Shown here in pieces: positions 54,001 to 64,000 of a stretch of 64,000 bases of DNA. Origin of the DNA: Oculina patagonica. Its lineage: Eukaryota. Position numbers and translations under genes: made by a program. Each line of letters begins with the position of its first letter. The first letter of the stretch is position 1. Where the stretch lies: assembly GCF_052425735.1 (NCBI RefSeq), contig NC_135758.1:1-64000 (forward strand). The letters run 5' to 3'. The notes under the pieces were generated by a model. That model made no database searches and was not told the origin of the DNA. It saw only the letters and a program-made list of their open reading frames with translations.

Positions 54001-57000
54001 ACTTTTCTGTTGGCCACACAATATTGTATACAGAAACCACTGAAGTTGGAAGAAATGCTCACCTTAATCTGTGCTCCAGTTTGCTAAAAAAAAAAACAAA
54101 GTGTTATTGTTATTTCGTTAACTATTTGGTAATGCAAACAATTTTTAAGAACGTATACAAGAAAAAACCTTCCTTCATTCTTTCTGCAAATTTTTTTTCC
54201 CTGTGCATAAATCATTGTCTTTTGTTGGAAATGGGGCTAATTAGTAGGTTTTAATTTTATTTATCTTTACTGTGTCATCAGTCTTTTTACGTTTAGTAAT
54301 ATTCATATTAAATAAAGTCTTTATCTTATTTGAAAACATTTCACAAACTACAGCTGAAGAGCAAAAATGTGAATGTCTGCATGAATGTTACAAACAAAAT
54401 CAAATTGGTGTGATTTCTACATTTTGTTCAATGGTTGAATGTTACAAATCACATTAGCTACACAAGACTCTTCATTCTTTACCACACAAAATGTCTCGGA
54501 AATAAGATTTGTTAATATTCAAGTATGAATGCATGGTTCAAGCCATAACCTAAGTACCTCTCTAGTTTCCTTGATTTTATATCCACCTCGTCCAATTACA
54601 CTCCCAACCTGACTTCTTTGGACAAGCATCTGAATCTCTTTGCCATTGGGATTTTGAGTTTGACGCTAAAATCAGAAAATATGGCAAACTGTATCAAATA
54701 GAGGTATTTACAGATAATTCAAGTAACAACTGACAAGAAATCCATGACTTTAAAGACTACATCATGAGGTATAGAGTTGCAGTTCTGTAACATTTTCTGT
54801 TAGTACTGGTGGTTTCTGTACTTGTTCAGTTACTGTTAGCAGTATTTCTGCCTGTATTCTTTATATCTTTGAAATCTCCTTTCTGACTGCCACACATATT
54901 TAGTGAAACATCAAGAAACCACCTTCTGGTAAATGTATAATCTTGTTATTGGCATCCTTGACATAAATTGAAAATTTAAGAAGAAATAAGAGCAGGGAAA
55001 AATTAAGAGAGGAACATCACTTTCAACGAGTGTTTTTGCATAAAAATTCCCATTCTTCTTAAAAAAAAAAAAACAACAACAACACAGAGGCAAGGGAAGG
55101 TACCGTAGTTATTCGGTTATAAGGCGCACTCGGTTATAAGACGCACCCCAAACTTGGCAACATTGTTATGCTAAGTTTACAAACTGAAAATTCTCCAAAA
55201 ACACTCGGTTATAAGACGCACCATGAGTTGAAGAGTTGAAAAGATGTAGTGATCAATTTAAGGACAGTTTTTTCTTACAAAATTTGAATGTTTGAATGTT
55301 GTTCATACTCCTTGGACAATCTTCGAGTAAAAAGCTAACATTTCCTGCTAAAAAATACGTAATTCCACTTGAGCAAAACATCTTTCCATCGTTCATATCA
55401 TGCTTCGAACTTAGCTGCTGAGTAACCTGGCAGATGTGTAGTTACCAGTGGCCACTGAGTTTGTAGCTTGGTTACCAAGTCCTCAAGCATGCTTCGTATC
55501 GCTACGAACTTTGTTTATCGAGTGTTTTTCAAAGATTCTCAAGCTTTTTGCTGTTTTCCTTGTCTTCTAAAGTCATTTTCCACTTTCCACGCTTAGAAGG
55601 TTTGTTTCAAATGAGTATGCTTGGTTTTTTTTGTCTAATTTCAACAAAATGCTGGCATATACAGGTGTTACTTAAACTCCTTTTATATATCCGCGATAAA
55701 AAACTTTGCGTTTAAACTAAATGTTTCTTATATCTTTAATACTGTAAAAGTCAATAAACAACATTAAGTGTTTTCATTTCTCTTGTTTTAACTGTAAGTT
55801 CCAGTAAAATGGCGGTAATAAGATTTTGTTGGGCGAAAATACTCGGCTATAAGACGCACCCCAATTTTCGCATGAACTTCCCACAGAAAAACAGATTTTT
55901 CTCGAAAAAACCGTGCGCCTTGTAACCGAATAACTACGGTACACTATATACATTTATTACCTCTCCAATCTTTGGTAAGCACTCTTGAAAAATACTTAAA
56001 GCGTCTTCTAGGGGAGCAGTTATTGTCAAGATACTGAAAGTAAATTGATAACGAAATGAGAAAAGACACATGGCTACAAAGGCTTAATAATACCTCAACA
56101 CTATGTCACCTATGGTACAATTTCACAGTAGCACACTGAGTCTATTAAGCTATAGAGCCATGTTTGTTTTGAAAATTAACCCTATGTTTGTATTGAAAAT
56201 TAAACCTCAACTTTCAAGAGTCCTGGTGAAAGGTTTAATTGAAGCATTCCAAGCCAAAATGTGAATGAGTCATAAAGATTTGTACTCAACAATCAGTTTA
56301 TACTAAGGATTTCTTTTATTACAATATTAATTTAAATGGTTAATATTATTCACGCAAGGCATTTCAAAGATACCACATTGTACAACACATACACATCCAC
56401 CACTGACATCGATCAAACAGTGTATAGTAGCTTTTAACACATTGAAACTAACTTTTAGGTTACTTCGGTTTATGATAGGAATTAATCCCGTTACTTAAAT
56501 CAGCATTACACCGTAATGTCATGCAGTGTAACGTTAGGGACGGGAAGGACACACATTAACGTGAACCATGGGACATACCGCTCAGGGGAATTGGTATCCG
56601 GGACATTGACCACTGCTTTGTACTTGGGTGAGATCACGACAGGGACCAACACAGGGCAGGCAGGTGGATGGATGGACGGACAGACAGTTGGGCAATTGGG
56701 AACGGGTGGCAAGGGATGGGAGCAAGGAGGGAATAATAAGAGAAAAAACAACAACTTAGCAGGGATAACTATTATTCCAAGAGGCAGAACAGAGCATCTG
56801 ACAACTACAAAGGTTCTTGATTAGCTGGATAAACTACAAGGGAAAGGAAGGAGTTAACAGCACGCATTTCAAAAGCCTTGGAAAATGAAGTATTGTAACT
56901 TCAAAAGTGACAATTCAATAATACATTTAAATAGATACTAGAATGGAGTGAACTTTAAAGATGACACTACCACCAAGATTTGTATAACATTTTGACAGAT

Positions 57001-58263
57001 TAATCTTTCCCATCACTGTAGAATGCTCTTTGCAAATACTCATCCCTTTGCACAAATTTGATGTAACCTTGTCAATTATGAATACATGATCAAATTTTGC
57101 CAGTACAACTTATCTTGAGAGTTCCATACATTACAGGGATGCTAATGAATTAGAAGTAATGAAAATGTAACCAACCCTCAGCTTTTCAAATATACAAAGT
57201 GTCAAACATTGTTCTTTCAGTGAAAGAAGAACAGAATTATTTTATCATTCTGTGATTAAACTTCAATTGGAAAAAACTGTTTCAGAGTAAAGTATGTCAA
57301 TAGATACTGGATAGCATGTGGCAAGTAAAAAGGGTATTACTTCATACCTCACTTCGTAATCTTTTCACATTCTGTCCACCCTGATAAAATAGAAAGTAAA
57401 ATGTTAAATAGAACAAAAAGTCAATGCTTCTAAAAGAAGAAAAGACAAAGATGTTGTGATCAAAAGCAACAGGACTTAAATTAACAGACTCTGTGATGCA
57501 CTGTATGAACTAAAAGGTATGATGTATAACCACTGATCATCTGCGTTAACATTCAAGTTATTTATATGTACATTATCATTACCAGAAACCTATCTGGTGA
57601 TTTTTTTATATAAAAGGTTATTGTCAAACATCAACAAACAGATAAGAGTTATATCCAAATACTCTATCAGGAGATACGATGGTTTTAAAATACAATGCAT
57701 ATGTTGTGGTTTAATTGTATCTATGGTTTAAAATTTTTGAAACCAGTTTGATTTTTATTTCCCTTTGTTTCTGATTATGATAATGAACATAAGACAATGA
57801 AAAATAAAAATCAAGCTGGTTTGAAAAATTTTAAACCAAATATAAAATTGAACCACAACACATACATGTGTGATATCACTCAAATTAGTATTACCTTGCC
57901 AATAATACCACCAGCATCCTATAACACCAAAAAGAAATTTAAAGGTTAACATTAAAATTGAATGTTATTAGAAGTAAACAAAAACAAAGATCAAACAGGT
58001 TTGATAGAAAGCTACTTGACAATCAGGTCAGACAGGTATGAAGAATAACTGGAGAACGGTAGGACACATTTCGACAAAATACTTTATTAGGTAGAGTGGT
58101 TAATCTGCCACTGTTGGAGCTGCTGGTATAATATTAGTCTGACCTTGCTCTCAAGAAGGAAGCGTAGCGTTGCTGACTGGCCTGATCCATCTTCCTCGTC
58201 CTTTGATCTCTTAGCATGAACATTGCTATTGTAGTCCTCCTCTGCCGGTCTCTTCATCCCCAT
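51079..58263 (-). CDS. HNRNPK: Heterogeneous nuclear ribonucleoprotein K (3 KH domains + RGG), 15 coding exons
   Basis: Exons 58144-58263 ([10 protein letters not shown]...LRFLLESK), 57895-57918, 57348-57380, 56579-56622 ([15 protein letters not shown]), 55961-56033, 54558-54665, 54063-54083, 53885-53936, 53707-53762, 52867-53109 (RGG), 52666-52699, 52407-52483 ([10 protein letters not shown]), 51957-52006 ([16 protein letters not shown]), 51762-51881, 51079-51109 (VRQYSGKNY*). Putative 5'UTR exon donor near 59500. Confidence 0.95.
51460..51717. mobile_element. Harbinger-type MITE in the last HNRNPK intron
   Basis: agcccaggccaaatgagga / tcctcgtttggcacgggct inverted ends; internal atgagag repeats. 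Confidence 0.65.
55103..55939. mobile_element. Tc1/mariner (pogo-like) non-autonomous element with TA TSD
   Basis: ta-ccgtagttattcggttataaggcgcac ... gtgcgccttgtaaccgaataactacgg-ta. Confidence 0.85.
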
Positions 58264-59499
58264 CCCTGTATTAGGCAAAAACAACAACAACACTAAATCA
58301 AAGACAGCTAGATGATAAGCTTTTTCTTTTATAGGTTTCCAGATTCTCCCCCAGTAGGTTAGTGGCATATGGCTACACATTGCTGGCAGTGAAAGAGCTT
58401 CTAAGATTATAAACTTTACTTTTAAGCACTAATGCTTGTACAACACAAGTGAACTGCACTAAAATACAACATATCCACATAATTACCTTGATCACCTCCC
58501 ACATAATTACCTTGATCACCTCCGTGTTGTTCCATGATGAATGGCTAAAATGTGCGTTAGACAATCCTTGTCCTACAACAATAGCACAAAATAAGACAAC
58601 GATTTTGCCAGGGGAGAAAATATGGCAAAAGTAGCACACATTACGAATCAAAAACATTCTTGTGTTTCAATAAAACTATAGCGGCACGAGTGAAGTTTCA
58701 GAGAACAAGAATGCTGTACAGCTTTTTGACCAAAGCCTATTATTTATACTGCAAAGATGCCAGGATCGGTTGAGATACCAAAGAAGTAAATTTCTTTTGT
58801 TCATGTGATCAATACATCAACTGCTCACAGTAGTTGTGTAGTTATTTTCTATTTCATGGCATATTGAAATTTCTACTTAATAATAACAAGGGATCACTCT
58901 GCAGCTTGCACTGCATTATAACCTATATTTCAAAGCACCTGGTAAAATTCTCAAATAACAAAACTACATACATGTATCTTTTAGCAGCTTTTAGTAACTT
59001 AACTTCTTCCATAACGCAGATACGTTTTAAAGCAATGCAAGGAACCAAAAGAAGCAACTCGACTCTCCTTGTGGGAAAATCAATTGTTTGCAAGAAAACA
59101 TACGCGGAAAATTTCCATTTAGAAGACATGATTCAGCATACATGCATGCAATGGTGGATAAAGACGAAAGCATTAAGTGATTTCTGCAGGTGCTTACGTT
59201 TTCGAATTAATTGATTGCCACTCCAGTATTACAGAAGGGGCAAAAAACTCTAAAGAAAATAAAACTGTAGCTTTGCCAAATGATTTTGACCGCTTTTATC
59301 ATACAGCTTCGGCGTGCACACAAATACAAATTGTGTGCATGCATACGTGAGTATTTTCAGAGGCGATTTCCAACAGTTTACGACGAGAAGCACGTTCTTT
59401 GATAGTTCTAAAGGCGGAACAAGTATTCAGTTGACCTTTTCATGCTATTTCTTTTCAGGAAGATGCAATAAAAATGTCAAATAACCAAAGTTCTACTTA

Positions 59500-59935
59500 C
59501 CGAAATTTGCCTTTTCCGTTCCTCGCCAAAACACCTGGTGCACGCGTTTTGGGCGCTTGCTAAGCACTATGGGAATAACTCCCAGAATGCGTTGCCAGCG
59601 CGGGCAGTGTTTGTCACGTGACTGTTGAGGGCTCATCTTATATATCCCTCTAATCAATCAACACTGATTTACTTCGGGGATTCTGGTTCCTTCCCCTGGT
59701 TTAAAATACGCATGTCAGAAACATATGAAAAATTCATAGCGAAAATAAGTCAATACCAGGCATATCCATTCTTCCCAAATCTTTCCGGATCAGTACTATA
59801 AATAGCCGGGGATGACCCCCTTGCGTCACACTGGCTTGGTAACCATCCACGTAGGCTGTACATTGATTTCATGCAAGAAAGCAGGGAGTAGTGTAGCTTC
59901 GGCTTTCGGTTTTATTATACGTGTCAAATTTTGCC
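59500..59935. promoter_or_regulatory. Bidirectional promoter HNRNPK/HMGCR
   Basis: ZNF143/STAF-like ctcccagaatgcgttgc (~59579-59595); palindromic E-box gtcacgtgac (~59613-59622); TATA-like tataaata (~59797-59804). Confidence 0.6.
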
Positions 59936-62900
59936 ATGTCGCAGAGCGGTATTTATAGTCTGTTTTACTATCATGGAAGACAATGTTCTTACCGTCCAGT
60001 AGAAGTGCTTTTGCTCTGTATAACTGGAACGGTTTGTCTTCTAAGTTTGAACATTTACGATGCAACACACTTTGCAAGTCAGCAGAACGAAAGTTCCGGC
60101 GAAAAGGTCAGTGCTGTTTATAGTGGAAGTTTACCTTTGATTTACCTTCTACTGAGGTCCTGAGTAAGCTTTTGTATCAGTTTAGAGTACTACTACAGTC
60201 CGAGGTCCAGGACGGATCTGTAAAACGCGTTTTTAAGTGGAATTAGCTAATTTCGTTCACTGGACAGGATAAAGGAAATTCGCTTGGTGACACAAAATAA
60301 TTTATAGTTTTTTCATGGAACTTTATCATCTTAACAACTTTTGTTTCGCAGAATCTAAAAGCAGCTAAAAGGAAATTTCCCTTTACACGCGTAAATTCTT
60401 CGGAAATATTTAGAATAGCGTGAATGTATTCTGATAGTTAATCGCATTTGCGGTGTAGTTTAGAGACTTGTCGACGGAAATTCTTCGTCTACGGTGTAAA
60501 TACAATGCACCCCCACAAAGCTGTGTGTTATGTCAAAACCACAGAAAGTGATTATTTAAGTTCATAAGTGTAAACAGCCTTTCTTCCTCCCAAACATTTT
60601 TGTCGGTACTACATTAGCAGATGGTTTCCACTTACCAAACAAGGGAAAGACTCAAAACCACAGTCACAAGCATATTGGCACACTTGGCTAGTCTGGCACG
60701 AGATCTGAAACTCATATCTACAAAACCAGAAGTTGTAGTTATTTATACTTTGTTTAATATAAACTTGGTAAATAAACAGCCGTTTAGGATTAAAACAGCT
60801 GAGATGTCTACAGCATTTATCAGGCTTTATCCCAGCTCACATTCAAATGTGAGGTAATTTAATTAAAAACCCAAAGGAACGTTAATCTGTCACTCTTACA
60901 AAAGTCATTTAATCAGACTCGCTAATGGTTCATTCAGGAAAACAAAGGAAATTGATGTTTAATGTTAGTGAATCCGGATTGACGTAATTTTTGCCAAGAA
61001 TGTGGCTTAGTACATGTAAATGTTTCATGTGTCAAATAAGTTTGTGTCCAAGTTGTAGCATGTTTACAAACTCTTGACTTTGACTGGAGTCTGTAAATCC
61101 AGTACAACATGGCCACATATTTACCTATTTGGTGTTCATGTATGCAGATTAATACATGTATTTGTATGTTGTAATTAAAATGAATAATTTTCAGGTCAAA
61201 ATGATTTCAAAGTACTTTGGAACCATTTTGACCTGAACTTTATTTTAAGCTACTCTATGTACAATATAACTTACATAATCGAGACAGTTAAGTATACAAT
61301 ATTGCTGTGTATGATTTTTATGTTTATCGGTATGTATTTTGAGGAGTCTAAATGGCAAGTCAAACCACAAATGACAAGTAAAAATATAAGGGGTGGTGAA
61401 TGGTCCTTCAAAAAATATGTGTCTTGCAAAATTTTAGCAAAATTTCAAGGATCTCATCCTCTTCAAGTTTTCTTTGATGCCTTCTCAAAGTCTTGATTTC
61501 TTTTGAAGGGCTAAAAAGGTCTTGCTGTCTCGCAAAGTCTGGCATTTACCATTCAACTCCCCTAATATATAGCAACACTACATAGACTTACTTATCTTCA
61601 TTGGGCCCATGAGGACTGTTGGAGCCGGAGCAACACTACACACCAAAATATCAAGAAATAAATAATTTACATTTATGTAAGTGCATTATGTTTTGTCTCT
61701 GTATCAGATTTCATTACCAGCTGGCTTACATGTGGGTCCAACAAGTTACTTCTTTGCACTTGTGTGTATTTATCTTCAATGTAAAAAGCTTATCCATCAA
61801 GGATCGTCATATATATTAGGTAAGATAAAAATATTGTTAATTAGCTTTGCAATATAACTTGTCTACTTAACAGTAAAAGCTTTACTTCACTGTTAAGTGA
61901 AGTCAAATTGATGCAATATTTTTAATGCAAATGCCCAACTACTAACAAGTAGATTTTAGTCTCCAATTTTTTGACATACTTATCACCTTTGTAATAATTC
62001 CAGACAACAGTCTTGGTTTTCTTTTTATCCAAATCAATCATGTTTTTCCTTATTTTATTTTCAGGATTTGTATCTGTATTTGCAATGTTCTCTTGTGTGG
62101 TTTTCAGCTCTATAGTTGCCAATTTATATGGCAGGGACGTTTGGGTTGTAAGGTAAAATGCACTAATTAAAATAAAATGGTTGGAAAAACTATATTATTA
62201 TGTTTATATCTGACTTCTTGTCTTTTGGGATTGAATTTTTTCTCAACTTGTATGGGATGTTTCTAACAGTGTAATGAACATACAATGTAGCTAGTTACAT
62301 GTATGTTGTGAAACTCCTACAAATGGTATGAAATTCTGGTGAAGGAACAGGCTTTTAGCCAGGATTTAAGGCCTGACTTTGTCCCCATAGAAGGGCCTGA
62401 GGAGCATGCAAGGTGTTTCTCTGCAGTTATGAGTGCAAAGGTATCTCAAGATTATCAAATTTTCTATATAAAAAACCCTTGGTATACAGTAATTCATATT
62501 CCCTAATTTCCTCTGAAAAGTGGCCGTCCATATAGTACTCCTGGACTCCTACCTTGCTAAACATCTGTGTGGGAATGATCTAGTTACGACTTCTGTTTGG
62601 AGAATATTTTTTCCAGGTGGCTTGTGTAACTGACTGAATTAACAAATTTGTTTTTCTACTTTCTGTTTCAGGGAAGCTTTGCCATATTTCTTTCTTCTGA
62701 GTGACTTTAATACAGCTAGCTCATTAGTTAAACACACTCTTCAGTCTGCAACATATGTGAGTATACTTCACAGCATTTTACATTAAGACAGACATAATAT
62801 TAACAAAGAATTGGTTTCCTTATTTTTCGTTGTTTGTATTGCATAAAAAGCTTGCACCATTTTTTCCTCACTTGATTTACTAATCAATCTTGTGATGTGT

Positions 62901-63239
62901 TATCAGGATGCAGTTCCTAACAGAATAGCTGAGAGTATAGCATCCCTTGGTCCTACTGTCACTCTTAATACCCTTGTTGGAACCTTGGTTATTGGTATAG
63001 GAACACTTTCAGGTTTGTACATTCTAACTTAGATAAAACAATTATTTGATGTAGAATCCAGTTGTTATCTTTTTACTATCACTGGTTATTATAATTACTT
63101 ATTTGTCCATTTTTTTTGCTGTTGTTTTGCAGGAGTGACAGAGTTGGAGACCATCTGTCAATTTGGATGTTTGTCGCTTATTACTCATTATTTGATCTTC
63201 ATGACCTTCTTTCCGGCCTGTCTGTCATTGTTTCTAGAG
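59936..63239 (+). CDS. HMGCR: HMG-CoA reductase, N-terminal membrane/sterol-sensing exons (gene continues beyond the window)
   Basis: Exons 59936-60106 (LFYYHGRQCSYRPVEV), 61708-61819 (GSSYILG), 62065-62152, 62672-62756 (EALPYFFLL), 62907-63012 (LGPTVTLNTLV...GIGTLSG), 63133-63239 (ICQFGCLS...FMTFFPACLSLFLE). GT-AG introns with consistent phases. Confidence 0.93.
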
Positions 63240-63329
63240 GTACCTGACTTGTATGATTCTAAAACTGCTGGAGCGATCTGTGGTCATAGCTTAAAATATA
63301 AAAATGGTTTATTTAAACAGATCTAAAAA

Positions 63330-63860
63330 ATATAAAAAGGATACTCTAAATTTTCGATCGCCTTCTGCGGTCTTCTTCAGAGAATGATGGATTTTGCAAG
63401 GTTCGCAGAATTCTAATAAGTTGCATTGACGTTATTGTTCGTTGCCCCCCCCCAGGGAGCAACTAGCGATGCGTAAACCCTTGGGAAGGGCGCTCTTTCG
63501 TAAATAGTGTTTTTGTCAAGGAAAGAATGTAAAGACTCCAGAAACAGTCTTTTGTTCTTGCTGCTTACACCTGTTTCAAGAATTTCGGCGTAATTTGGAT
63601 GTATGTCGTGGCCGATTTCTGCATGATGTTTAATCGCGGAGTTGATATTTCTGTTTGTTCCGGGCTTGTGTTCGGCTCCTCGTGCTTTCCAGCTTCTTTT
63701 GCTTTCCCCAACGTATGCAAATGAGCATGTCCTGCAAGTCACTTTGTATACAATTCCTTTCAACCGCTCTTTATTTGGTTGGTCCTTGGGCTTTTTGAGG
63801 ATATTTCCTAACGTTCGTACTGGTTTAAACGCTGTCTTGATGTTTTTGCGACTCAAAAAT
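63330..63860 (-). mobile_element. Penelope-like element 3' fragment (GIY-YIG endonuclease) with hammerhead core
   Basis: ORF 63413-63874: GIVYKVTCRTCSFAYVGESKRSWKARGAEH...RLFLES. 63352-63380 (-) reads CTGAAGA-agaccgcagaaggcgatc-GAAA. Confidence 0.88.
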
Positions 63861-64000
63861 GTATGATTCTGCATATTTATATCTACTCCTATGATGTGAA
63901 TTACATTGTGTGATTTGTGTGGCTATTTTTCAGCCTTCTGTTGTTGTTTCAAGAGGTATAAACTAAATGTTTCTTACAGCACCCACTTGTGGTAATTTTC

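Overview
AT-rich, intron-rich animal genomic DNA. The repeat repertoire (MITEs, Penelope-like elements, tRNA-derived SINEs) suggests a cnidarian, probably a stony coral; this is inference. 1-16.4 kb is mostly transposon-derived. It holds a disabled, 5'-truncated D-amino-acid-oxidase-like gene, LINE and hAT fragments, a ~2.3 kb tandem duplication with a TTAA foldback insertion in only one copy, and a minisatellite foldback element. 16.4-64 kb is a compact housekeeping cluster: DNAAF4(-)/NUDT15(+), FXN(-)/ANAPC11(+), UBAP2/UBAP2L(-) and HNRNPK(-)/HMGCR(+, runs off the window), i.e. three head-to-head pairs. Most ORFs in the supplied track are spurious; genes were assembled by hand from exons and splice sites. 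Most notable: (1) a MITE copy in an FXN intron from which almost every T has been deleted relative to an intact copy 1.7 kb away (novel mutational process or assembly artefact); (2) a C-rich ~130-nt AG-exclusion zone before a frame-shifting 44-nt HNRNPK exon (candidate autoregulatory splicing switch); (3) a U12-type intron in DNAAF4; (4) ~2-kb palindromic TTAA transposons; (5) an HMGCR lacking the vertebrate YIYF/K89 degron residues; (6) hammerhead ribozyme cores in Penelope-like remnants.
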